64,000 nt of DNA from an uncultured bacterium (GTDB lineage: Bacteria; Fidelibacterota; Marinisomatia; Marinisomatales; UBA1611). Location of the stretch: contig CALSPG010000001.1 of the NCBI GenBank assembly GCA_943788175.1, positions 192,001 through 256,000 of the forward strand, given 5' to 3'. The notes under the pieces were generated by a model. The model worked only from the letters and a program-made list of their open reading frames with translations. It made no database searches and had not been told where the DNA came from. A program made the translations under genes and the position numbers. Below are positions 55,058-64,000 of the stretch, piece after piece (the stretch's first letter is position 1; every line of letters begins with the position of its first letter).

Positions 55058-55543
55058 ATGAACTATTCTAACTCGATCCACCAAGTAGGTATCTTCATAT
55101 TTATATCTTTAATTTTTAGTATTTCTACTAATTTTTTCCGATCTGATTCTATTGATTATATCTCAAAAGGATTTGATAAAGTTGAATCTTTAGATGATTT
55201 AAATTTAAATAGTGAAGAGGGTATTAAAGAGGTTAGTTTAAAAATTGCTCAGGATTTGTTCAAAAAGGAGACACTTTTTATTGATGCTAGAGCTAAAGAA
55301 TATTACCTTGAGGGACATATCCCTGGTGCAATTTGTTTTGATGATTTTGATTCTCTTTCAAATGAAATTGATAATAGGATCCAAAATAATGAATTTTTTG
55401 TAGTTTACTGTAGTGACGATGACTGTGGTTCAAGCGAAGAACTTTCATATCAGTTGCTTGACGAGGGCTTTACAAGTATTTATTTATTTCGAGGCGGTTG
55501 GAAGCTGTGGATAGATAATAAAATGCCTATTGAAAAACCATGA
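55058..55543 (+). CDS. Membrane-anchored rhodanese-domain protein
   Basis: N-terminal TM, FIDAR, GHIPGA, VYCSDDDC, GGW. Confidence 0.85.
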   Translation: MNYSNSIHQVGIFIFISLIFSISTNFFRSDSIDYISKGFDKVESLDDLNLNSEEGIKEVSLKIAQDLFKKETLFIDARAKEYYLEGHIPGAICFDDFDSLSNEIDNRIQNNEFFVVYCSDDDCGSSEELSYQLLDEGFTSIYLFRGGWKLWIDNKMPIEKP

Positions 55544-55991
55544 ATTACTTAAAAAGTTATTCTATATTAATATTAAGAATTATTGTTGGCTCGGTTTTCT
55601 TATGGGCTAGTCTAAGCAAGATCATAGATCCTTCAAAGTTTGCTAGAGAAATTTCAAATTATCATGTTATGCCATTTGGTTTGGAGAATACGTTGCTATC
55701 TTTTTACCATGGTTAGAGTTTTTTATTGGCTCTGCACTCATTCTTGGAATTATGGTTGATGGTTCGGTAATCATATGTGCATCTTTATTAATTATGTTTA
55801 ATTTGCTTGTAGCTCAAGCAATGGTTCGAGGTTTTAACATAGAGTGTGGATGTGGCTTAAAAGAGGGTGAGCTAGTTGGTTTTCAAAAGCTATTTGAAAA
55901 CTTTACCTTTCTAGGATTCTGTGTTTTGATTTATTTTAGAAAAAATAAATTTTTGGAAATATTTCCAAAAACAGAATTGTCTGATAAATAA
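55540..55991 (+). CDS. MauE/DoxX family membrane protein; one-base deletion near 55690
   Basis: ATGA overlap start; LRIIVG.VFLWAS..KI.DP, LPWLE, IECGCG. Confidence 0.8.
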
Positions 55992-56013
55992 CATAGATGT
56001 AAATTTATATCAT

Positions 56014-56086
56014 GCGAGAGTAGCTCAGCTGGTAGAGCATCACCTTGCCAACGTGGATGTCGCGAGTTCGAATCTCGTCTCTCGCT
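56014..56086 (+). tRNA. tRNA-Gly(GCC), CCA not encoded
   Basis: GCGAGAG/CTCTCGC acceptor stem, D-arm, TTGCCAA loop, GTTCGAATC T-arm. Confidence 0.93.
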
Positions 56087-56092
56087 CGCGAT

Positions 56093-56129
56093 AATAGCCT
56101 TACCTGATTTTTTCATGTAAGGCTATTTT
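56093..56129 (+). terminator. Terminator-like hairpin after the tRNA
   Basis: AATAGCCTTAC/GTAAGGCTATT 11-bp stem plus T run. Confidence 0.7.
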
Positions 56130-56326
56130 GATTACAGTTAAGTATTTGTTATCTATTTTTTTGATTTTTATACTTTTCGTATTGATGATATGGATTATTT
56201 AGGTAAATTATTCTAAGCTTTCTTTGCTATCTATGTGTTTTAGTTAACATTAGCTTGTCCTAATCAACTATGTATTACATCGTGTATAGCATCTGTGCTC
56301 TTAAAATATTATAGGTTATTAACCAT

Positions 56327-57061
56327 TTGAAGATAATATATATTATAATTTTTTCTTTTTTAGGGAATTGCTTGTTTTCTCAAACGTGTTCTCTTGATGG
56401 TAAGAGTGTTGTCCCCGTCAGCTCAACAGAGATAGTTAATAATGAATCCTTAGCTCTTTACAGGTGCTCTAATGGTCACCAGATGTGGTTAGCCAATCCT
56501 GAAACTAAGGTTAGCAATGAATCTATTAATTGAATCTATTGGTTCAGATAATAAGATCTATTGCTCCCATAAAATAGGCAGGTAGCTAAAGTATAAGGTT
56601 AGTGATTCAGAATTGCGAGTTTCTAACCCTGACAGTTTCTAAAGGCTTTTCTAAGCAAAGCTATTGATTCTCAAAATATAAATACCAAAACTATTATCTG
56701 ATAACTTAAATGTGGCTCCTAAAAATAAAAATGTTGATTCTCTCAGGTTTTACCGCTGTTAAAAAAAGAGAGACTATGTCTAAAAAGGAATCTCAGAGAT
56801 TCAAAATTTTCAAGTTCTTTAAATATTCAAAAATTTGGGCTTGAAACACTTTTGCACAAAAAAATTGAAAGTGACAGGCAGTTTTCTGAGAAACTTGATA
56901 ATGAAAAGTCTGAACTACTCCACTTGATGTATACTCAAAAAAAGTTATTTGATAAAATAGATGATAATAGATTTTCTTTTAAAAAATACCCTATTTTTTC
57001 ATATTCCAACATGTTGTATATTGCTATATCTATTGCATTTACATCGTATTTAATTTTTTAA
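56327..57061 (+). CDS. Hypothetical protein with signal peptide and C-terminal TM, fragmented by indels
   Basis: N-fragment TCSLDG...RCSNGH; C-fragment ends in a hydrophobic helix; middle is broken. Confidence 0.4.
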
Positions 57062-57122
57062 ATTTTAATAATGGCTCCTCCTGGAGCAATTTTTTATATT
57101 TAGACATATAATATCAATTCAT

Positions 57123-58750
57123 ATGTCACAATTTAATAAAAATACTTTTTTGTTTTTTCTTTCTCTCCTATTTGTGTTTACAAATTTATATGCTGTTAAT
57201 AAAATTTCTGTTTCAGGGATAGTGGAAGACGTGAATGGCGTGTTGCTTTCAGACGTGTTAATAACTTTAAGTAGGCAAAACAACAGCGCTGTTTCAAATC
57301 GATTCGGTGAGTTTGACCTTGGGCGTATTTCTTCCCAAACGATACAATGTATGTAATGTGTATAGCTGGTTTTCAAAAAAAAGAATTCATGCCTTCATAA
57401 CTAGTATGAAAATAAAGCTATTTCCTAAATCTATTATTCAAGAAAAAATAAATAACGTAAGAAATGGCCAGACGCTGATTATTCCGCCTGGTATTCATTT
57501 TCTTTATCCGGATTTTAATGTGGATAGTACTTTTGGTCTAATTATTAGTAACAAATCAAACGTTACAATCCAAGGATCCGAAAATTCAGAGATAAGATTG
57601 TTGAAAAAGAACGCGGATATTTTTCGTATTTTTAAATCAAATAATATTAATATAAAAAATCTAATTATTAGTTACGATGATTTAGATAAAAGGACAAAGA
57701 ATTTTAATATTTCTAGAAGTCAAGCTGTTGATTTTCCTGATGCTTTAAACTTGGCGAAAAATCATGTATGGTGAAAACTCGGTTTTTAAATATGACGGTA
57801 GTCTTCACCATACAAAAGGTTTTAAAGAACCTTTTATTGAACATCATTTAGCGAATGTCGTCAATATCGTGAATTCAACAAATATAACTTTCGATAGCGT
57901 AACTTTTAGTGCTCATGGGAAAATATGCCTAGCCGGACAAAACTCACGAAATATTTCTATTAATAATTCTGTATTAAATGATGGTATTTATGGAACAGTA
58001 TTAAAAAATTGTCAAAACGTTAGCATTTCAACAATCTCTTATTATCGGATAATGCAGAGTTATATTATTACAATAATAGTACATTGAATTACGTTGATAA
58101 TAAAATTAAAATTTTAGGGTACCATGTTCCAGAACTTATTTTTGTCGAAGGTGGTTCTATAGAGATGCTAGATGAAACTATTATTCCACCACCAAAACCC
58201 ACTTATCTTAGCTCTGAAAGTTTTAAAATGAGTAAGAAAGAAATTACGTTTGATCAATATGACTCTTTTTGTATGGCTACAGATAAGGGTTTGCCCGATG
58301 ACAGTGAGTGGGGCCGTGGGACTAGGCCTGTTATAAACATATCTTATGATGATGCTGAATTGTATTGCAAATGGTTAAGTGACCTTACGGGAAAGAAGTT
58401 CAGGCTACCCAATGTTACTGAATGGGAATTTGCTGCTAGAGGTGGTTTAAAAGGCGGTGATGATTATGCGTATAGCGGCAATAGTTTGTTGGAGCCAGTA
58501 GCTTGGTGTAAATACAATACAAATGGAATGACAGAGCCGGTTGGTTTAAAAATTCCCAATGAACTAGGGTTGTTTGATATGTCTGGAAATGTATTTGAAT
58601 ATTGTAGTTCAACAAATGACAGCATGATTGTTCTGAAAGGTGGATCTTGGGCAAATAGTGGAGTTGGTTGTAGAGTTGCTGACGAAGTTGTAAGCAGTAT
58701 ACACCATTGGGATGATAATATTGGCTTTCAGAATAGTTCAAGGAGACTAG
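57123..58750 (+). CDS. Secreted multidomain protein (carboxypeptidase-regulatory-like, beta-helix, FGE-sulfatase domain); multiple indels
   Basis: Consecutive ORF fragments; RLPNVTEWEFAARGG, PNELGLFDMSGNV, DNIGF(R); likely stop TAG 58748-58750. Confidence 0.65.
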
Positions 58751-58752
58751 GC

Positions 58753-59424
58753 ATTAGAAATCTAATTATAATTGTTCTAATTAAGCTTTTGTTATTAATT
58801 GATTGTCTTCAAGCAAATCTTCCATTAGGATTTGTATACCTTGATTCAATTATCCCAACAGTAAAAATTGATTTAAAGTACTTCGGTAAAGAGAATTTTA
58901 CAGGTACTAATATTAATGGATATGATTCAAATAGGTGTATTATATCAAAAGACGCTGCTTTTGCATTAAAAAATGTACAAAGTGATTTAGGTCACTTTAA
59001 CTATGGTTTGAAGGTTTTTGACGCATATAGGCCACAAAGAGCAGTTGACCATTTTGTAAAATGGGCTAGAAATAATAATCAAAAAATGAAAAGTGTTCAT
59101 TATCCAAATGTGAATAAGAAAAATTTATTTAAGGAAGGATATATTGCTTCTAAGTCAGGTCATTCAAGGGGTAGCACGGTAGATTTAACTATAATTGATT
59201 TTGAAACAGGGTTAGAACTAGATATGGGTACATGTTACGATTTTTTTGGTGAAGAATCATGGATCACATTTGAGAATATCAATGTAGTTCAAAAACAAAA
59301 CCGCCTACTTCTTCAATCGGTTATGAAAAAATATGGTTTTAAGCCTTTAAAGGCCGAATGGTGGCATTTTACGTTACATATTGAGCCTTTTCCCAATAAA
59401 TATTTTAATTTTAAGATTATTTAA
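58753..59424 (+). CDS. ddpX: D-alanyl-D-alanine dipeptidase (M15D, VanX/DdpX-like)
   Basis: DAYRPQ, SGHSRGSTVDLT, EWWHF; signal peptide begins at ATT after AAGGAG. Confidence 0.8.
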   Translation: MRNLIIIVLIKLLLLIDCLQANLPLGFVYLDSIIPTVKIDLKYFGKENFTGTNINGYDSNRCIISKDAAFALKNVQSDLGHFNYGLKVFDAYRPQRAVDHFVKWARNNNQKMKSVHYPNVNKKNLFKEGYIASKSGHSRGSTVDLTIIDFETGLELDMGTCYDFFGEESWITFENINVVQKQNRLLLQSVMKKYGFKPLKAEWWHFTLHIEPFPNKYFNFKII

Positions 59425-59429
59425 AAATA

Positions 59430-60785
59430 ATGGTTCGATATAAAAAGATTGCTGTTATTTTATGTTTAGTTTCTCTTTCAATTGCAGAAGATATCAAACC
59501 TAGTTACGAGCAAACTTCAATTAAAATTATTAATTCTCTTAAATCAGATAGTGTTGGTTATAATAGATTATCTTATCTTTGTGATATGTTTGGTCCAAGG
59601 CTTAGTGGTTCAAAAAATCTTGAAAAAGCAATCGACTGGATTATAAAGGAAATGAAACTCGATGGATTATCTAATGTAAAAGGTGAAAGAGTAAAAGTAC
59701 CTACTTGGATAAGAGGGGAGGAATCATTGCAAATTCTGGTTCCGTATATAAAAGATTTAAAAATTCTTGGAATAGGTGGTAGTGTTGGTACACCTAAGGC
59801 TGGAATTAGTGGAGAAGTTTTAGTACTAAATAGTTTTGATGAACTGGAAGAAGTAAAGTATAAAGCAAGGGGAAAAATTGTTTTATTTAATGTGCCTTTT
59901 ACTACTTACGGTGAAACGGTAAAGTACAGATATGATGCTCCTAGCAAAGCTGCAAAGTACGGTGCAAAAGCGACTTTAATTCGTTCTATAGGATCCTGGT
60001 CTATGAATACGCCGCATACTGGTACAATGGGAGAATATACTTATCACAAAAAAATTCCTCATGCTGCTATTACTTCTGAAGATGCAATGATGATATCTAG
60101 GATATCTAAAAGAGGACAAAAAGTAGTATTAAAATTAAATATGGATGGAAAATTTGTCGAAGATAGGTGGTCTAGAAATATCATTGCCGAACTTAAAGGT
60201 TCTACTTACCCGGAAGAAATAATTGTAGTTGGTGGGCATATTGATTCATGGGATGTTGGGCAAGGTGCACATGATGATGCTGGTGGTTGTGTGGCTGCTT
60301 GGCGTGCTGTTACGTTAATTAAAGAATTGGGATTAAAACCACGAAGAACTATCAGAATAGTCTTATGGACAAATGAAGAAAATGGTGGGAAGGGAAATGA
60401 AAATTATAAAAATGAACATTTATCTGAGTTAAATAATCACATACTTGCTATAGAATCTGATGGTGGTGTTTTTGCGCCTCGAGGTTTTGGTTTTACAGGA
60501 AGTGAAAAAGCTAGAGATTACATTCTAGATATTGCATCATTACTTGACCCAATTGGAGCTGGGACCATTACTAATTGGGGTAGAGCAGCAGACGTAGCGC
60601 CATTAAATGATAACGGTGTTCCAGTAATGTCTCTTAATGTTGATAATTCTAAATATTTTTGGTACCACCACACAAATGCTGATACTTTTGATAAAATTGA
60701 TTTTCGAGAATTTAATAACTGTATAGCTGCCATGGCGATAATGAGCTATGTTGTTTCTGATATGGAAAAAAAGTTGCCAAGGTAA
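59430..60785 (+). CDS. M28 peptidase (carboxypeptidase Q-like)
   Basis: GPRLSGS, GHIDSWDVGQGAHDD, NEENG, YHHT. Confidence 0.9.
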   Translation: MVRYKKIAVILCLVSLSIAEDIKPSYEQTSIKIINSLKSDSVGYNRLSYLCDMFGPRLSGSKNLEKAIDWIIKEMKLDGLSNVKGERVKVPTWIRGEESLQILVPYIKDLKILGIGGSVGTPKAGISGEVLVLNSFDELEEVKYKARGKIVLFNVPFTTYGETVKYRYDAPSKAAKYGAKATLIRSIGSWSMNTPHTGTMGEYTYHKKIPHAAITSEDAMMISRISKRGQKVVLKLNMDGKFVEDRWSRNIIAELKGSTYPEEIIVVGGHIDSWDVGQGAHDDAGGCVAAWRAVTLIKELGLKPRRTIRIVLWTNEENGGKGNENYKNEHLSELNNHILAIESDGGVFAPRGFGFTGSEKARDYILDIASLLDPIGAGTITNWGRAADVAPLNDNGVPVMSLNVDNSKYFWYHHTNADTFDKIDFREFNNCIAAMAIMSYVVSDMEKKLPR

Positions 60786-60801
60786 ATTACAATTATAAGA
60801 T

Positions 60802-62934
60802 ATGTTTTATAAAAATACATACATAAGACTATTTCTATTAATTGTTATTATAATTCTACTCCATAAATATGCTCCAACTCCTTTAAAATACCCTAAAACC
60901 AATATGAATAATAATATCAGTGACAATTACCACGGTAAAGAGGTAAAAGATGAGTACAGGTGGTTAGAGGACGAAACCTCAGTACAAACTGATGCGTGGA
61001 TTCAAAAACAAAACGCGTTTACTGATAGATATATAAGAAAAATCCCCTTTCGTAAAAAGATTCAAAAAAGGCTTAAAGAACTTTGGAACTATCCAACCAT
61101 GAGTATGCCATTTATTAAAAATGATAAAATTTATTTTTACAAAAATAATGGCCTTCAAAATCAATCTATTTTATACGCGAAAACGAACATAGAAGATTCT
61201 GATACCTCAGCAAAAGTAATAATTGATCCTAATAAATTATCTAAAGATGGAACTGTAGCTCTTAGTGGTATATATTTTTCAAATGATAACAAATACCTTG
61301 GGTATTCAATCTCAAAATCTGGCTCAGATTGGAGAGAGTTTTTTATTAAAGATTTATCTTCAGGGAAAAATTTAAATGACCATCTGCAGTCGATTAAATT
61401 TAGTGGAATGTCCTGGGTCGATGATGGTTTTTATTATAATGCTTTTCCTCAACCAAAGGATGGTCGCGAATTATCTGAGATTAATCATAGTAGTAAAGTA
61501 TTTTTTCATAAATTAGGCACAAGTCAAGACGCAGATCGCTTGGTTTTTTCCGATTCTAAAAACCCAAAAATAAATAATTACCCATCAACAACAAAAGATG
61601 GTGGATTTTTAATTATTTATAGAACTAAAGGTACATACGGTAATAAACTATTAGTTAAAGACTTAAGAAATGAAGGCAGCGATTTTGTAAGTATTGTTAA
61701 TGATTTTAATTCTGATATAGATATTATTGACAATCTTGATGGTAAGCTTTTAGCTATTACAGATAGAAATGCACCTAGAAAGAAGGTTGTCTTAATAGAT
61801 CTAAAAAATCCAGAAGAAAATAACTGGGATACTATTATACCTCAAAATGATAATATCCTTACATCGGTTAACATAATAAACAATAAACTAGTTGCTCATT
61901 ATATGGTGGATGTCCTTTCTAGTTGGTTAATTCATGATTTGAAAGGTGAATTAATTCAAAAAGTAGAATTACCAGGGCCTGGAATATCTTATGGATTTGG
62001 TGGTAGTAAAGAACAATCTGTTTCTTGGTATATTTTTGAATCGTTGGTTCATCCTCCCACGGTTTTTATGTATGACTTTGATAAATTCAAATCAAATTTA
62101 TACTATGATTCAAAAGCTAAGTTCGACAAAGATAGATTTATCATGAAGCAAGAGTTTTATTTCTCGAAAGATGGTACAAGGGTTCCAATTTTTATTGCTT
62201 ACGAAAAAGATCTCGTTTTAAATGGTTTATCTCCTACTCTGCTATATGGTTATGGAGGATTTAATATATCTGAAAAGCCATATTTTAATAAAACAATTCC
62301 AGTTATACTTGAAAATGGAGGTGTATATGCTATCGCTTGTATTAGAGGAGGTGGAGAGTATGGTCAGGATTGGCATAGTCAGGGGATGCTAGAAAAAAAA
62401 CAAAATGTATTTGACGATTTTATTGCTGCGTCAGAGTTTTTAATCACTCAAGGTTTTACTTCACCTGATAGATTAGCAATAAGGGGCGGCTCAAATGGAG
62501 GAACATTAATCGGTGCTGTTCTTAATCAAAAACCTCACCTTTTTCGTGTTGCGTTTCCAGAAGTCGGTGTTATGGATATGCTAAGATATGAAAAGTTTAC
62601 GATAGGCTGGGCATGGGCTGTTGAATTTGGGTCTGTCGAAAATAAAAATAGTTTTGTGAACTTATTATCATATTCACCATTACATAATATCAAAAAGAAA
62701 TCATATCCTTCTGTTCTAATTTATACCGCTGACCATGATGACAGAGTTGTTCCTGCTCATTCATATAAATACGCAGCCAAGCTACAAAGTAATCAAATGA
62801 ATGATGTAGATCCAATTCTAATTAGGATAGGTACAAAAACTGGTCATGGTGCAGGTAAATCGACAGAAACAAAGATAAGAGAATATGCTGAAAAATGGGC
62901 TTTTATGTTTTATGAGATGGGAATAAAGTACTAA
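60802..62934 (+). CDS. Prolyl oligopeptidase (S9A)
   Basis: YRWLED, GYGGF, GGSNGG, DDRV, GHG. Confidence 0.93.
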   Translation: MFYKNTYIRLFLLIVIIILLHKYAPTPLKYPKTNMNNNISDNYHGKEVKDEYRWLEDETSVQTDAWIQKQNAFTDRYIRKIPFRKKIQKRLKELWNYPTMSMPFIKNDKIYFYKNNGLQNQSILYAKTNIEDSDTSAKVIIDPNKLSKDGTVALSGIYFSNDNKYLGYSISKSGSDWREFFIKDLSSGKNLNDHLQSIKFSGMSWVDDGFYYNAFPQPKDGRELSEINHSSKVFFHKLGTSQDADRLVFSDSKNPKINNYPSTTKDGGFLIIYRTKGTYGNKLLVKDLRNEGSDFVSIVNDFNSDIDIIDNLDGKLLAITDRNAPRKKVVLIDLKNPEENNWDTIIPQNDNILTSVNIINNKLVAHYMVDVLSSWLIHDLKGELIQKVELPGPGISYGFGGSKEQSVSWYIFESLVHPPTVFMYDFDKFKSNLYYDSKAKFDKDRFIMKQEFYFSKDGTRVPIFIAYEKDLVLNGLSPTLLYGYGGFNISEKPYFNKTIPVILENGGVYAIACIRGGGEYGQDWHSQGMLEKKQNVFDDFIAASEFLITQGFTSPDRLAIRGGSNGGTLIGAVLNQKPHLFRVAFPEVGVMDMLRYEKFTIGWAWAVEFGSVENKNSFVNLLSYSPLHNIKKKSYPSVLIYTADHDDRVVPAHSYKYAAKLQSNQMNDVDPILIRIGTKTGHGAGKSTETKIREYAEKWAFMFYEMGIKY

Positions 62935-63308
62935 GAAACAATCTTATCGATATCTTCCCTTATTAGGATTAATATTGCTGATTGAGGGACAATAAGGTAC
63001 CCTTTTTGTTCTATTTCAAGCTCTATCGCAGCTTTCCCTAGATAAAGGGCATAATCACCAATCTCTGCTTGAGTAGGAATATATTTAACATCGCTCTTAG
63101 AATCTTTCCATGGCTCATCAACAATATCATCAGGAGCCCCTAATGGTATACCAGGACCAACCTCAACAACAATGCCAGCTTTGACTTCTTGCTTTTCAAC
63201 AACACTAGGAGGGAGGTAAAGCCCCGCTGGAGAAGTCTTATCACCTTTGTCGGGTCGAATTAAAAGTCTGTCACCTACAACCAAGATTTGTTTATTCTTA
63301 CTTTTCAC
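62931..63308 (-). CDS. Stand-alone GroES/Cpn10 family co-chaperonin
   Basis: GDRLLIRP, GLYLP, VGPG; no adjacent groEL. Confidence 0.8.
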   Translation of the reverse strand: MKSKNKQILVVGDRLLIRPDKGDKTSPAGLYLPPSVVEKQEVKAGIVVEVGPGIPLGAPDDIVDEPWKDSKSDVKYIPTQAEIGDYALYLGKAAIELEIEQKGYLIVPQSAILILIREDIDKIVS

Positions 63309-63341
63309 TTGATAAACCCACTAAAGAATATTTTGTAAAGT

Positions 63342-63902
63342 TTAATTATTTTTAGAATCTATTACAGTGGGTGGTGTTTCTTTTGGTTTGCTACCCCAAT
63401 AAGAAGGGCGTGTATTAAGCATATAAAATAGATTTTCAGAAGTACGATATACTATATCTACACCAATATTTCTGTAAAAGTTGTGAGCATAGTCTTGACC
63501 TTTATTGCTAAATATAGTCGATGCTATCAGCTTGTCATCCTGAAAAACTGATAAGAGTTTTCCAGAAACGGTATCAACGCCAAATGTAACCCATTTATTT
63601 GGATTTTTTGACATAACCATATCATAAGTTCCGCCGATAACTTTTTCAAAGAATTGGTCGATTTGCCTATCTTTAACAACTAACGAATCATTATCAAGGA
63701 TAGACCAAACTGAGTCAGTTTTAAAAAGAGTGATTGATTCACCAGAAGAATCTTTGAGTATAATTTTATTTATAATATCTGCATCTAAATCAAATATCGT
63801 TTCAGAGGTGCCTATGTATTTATTTTGTTGTCCTTGATTGATAAAATAAAGAAATAATAATGTGCCAAAGGCGATGAGTAAGTATTTTAAAGATTTATTC
63901 AT
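63342..63902 (-). CDS. DUF4340-like protein
   Basis: N-terminal TM; lies downstream of a GldG-like gene end. Confidence 0.55.
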   Translation of the reverse strand: MNKSLKYLLIAFGTLLFLYFINQGQQNKYIGTSETIFDLDADIINKIILKDSSGESITLFKTDSVWSILDNDSLVVKDRQIDQFFEKVIGGTYDMVMSKNPNKWVTFGVDTVSGKLLSVFQDDKLIASTIFSNKGQDYAHNFYRNIGVDIVYRTSENLFYMLNTRPSYWGSKPKETPPTVIDSKNN

Positions 63903-64000
63903 ATATTTGTTTTAGTATATCTGCTTTTGTTTTTTCATTCTTTGATCTGTAGAAGCCTAATCCAGCGATTATTAGTGAAGGTAAAAGGACATTAGCCCAT
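63899..64000 (-). CDS. 3' end of a GldG-like ABC auxiliary protein (partial)
   Basis: WANVLLPSLIIAGLGFYR TM tail; ATGA overlap with the next gene. Confidence 0.45.

Noticed and set aside
56531-56533. Second possible Sec readthrough
   Set aside because: No Cys/Sec motif or clear hairpin; lies in an AATGAATCTATT duplication with an apparent extra T in an error-rich patch
56086-57100. Genomic island at tRNA-Gly
   Set aside because: No integrase, direct repeat or clear compositional shift
9100-58100. Many frameshifts (about 9100, 10020, 37480, 44300, 47720, 48420, 50100-50630, 50960, 55690, 56500-58090) as programmed frameshifts or pseudogenes
   Set aside because: Scattered, often in short homopolymers, clustered in patches and hitting otherwise intact genes; best explained as sequencing/assembly indels
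58084-59424. Apparent FGE-sulfatase/VanX fusion protein
   Set aside because: One extra base in TTTCAGA breaks the terminal GFR motif; the corrected frame stops at 58750 and an internal SD plus signal peptide marks a separate gene
58753-59424. Vancomycin resistance (vanX)
   Set aside because: No vanH/vanA/vanRS nearby; a secreted DdpX-like housekeeping dipeptidase is more likely
1169-61164. Short antisense or overlapping ORFs in the track (e.g. 2845-3195, 11837-12193, 22133-22450, 55931-56116)
   Set aside because: Shadows of well-supported genes or of the tRNA, with no motifs

Overview
AT-rich (roughly 30% GC by eye), gene-dense bacterial DNA in the standard genetic code. The secreted protein's 'NYPNPFNP' FlgD-Ig/T9SS-like tail, a TonB receptor without SusD and many MORN-type proteins suggest an FCB-group marine bacterium such as Marinisomatota/Marinimicrobia (inference). 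Many single-base indels split or fuse genes and look like long-read or low-coverage errors. Layout: (1) 1-6.1 kb operon with NAGPA-like, DedA, RimK protease, rimK, COG5322 dehydrogenase, VOC and sialate O-acetylesterase genes. (2) About 4-31 kb, a SusD-less glycan locus with GH38, GH2, glycosylasparaginase, NagB-PIG-L fusion, four SGNH esterases, TBDR, a secreted beta-helix protein, Na+/solute symporter, transglutaminase-like lipoprotein, three PhyH dioxygenases and TrmB; its content fits N-glycan/glycoprotein degradation. (3) Housekeeping and peptide-uptake genes (Yej/Opp ABC, M1, M3, M28, S9A peptidases). (4) A MORN/YwqK repeat cluster interrupted by a degenerate J-domain gene. (5) A selenoprotein truncated by the ORF track: a UshA-like lipoprotein with C-G-U(TGA) and a SECIS-like hairpin, followed by rhodanese, MauE/DoxX and tRNA-Gly. 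No CRISPR, rRNA, transposase or integrase was seen.
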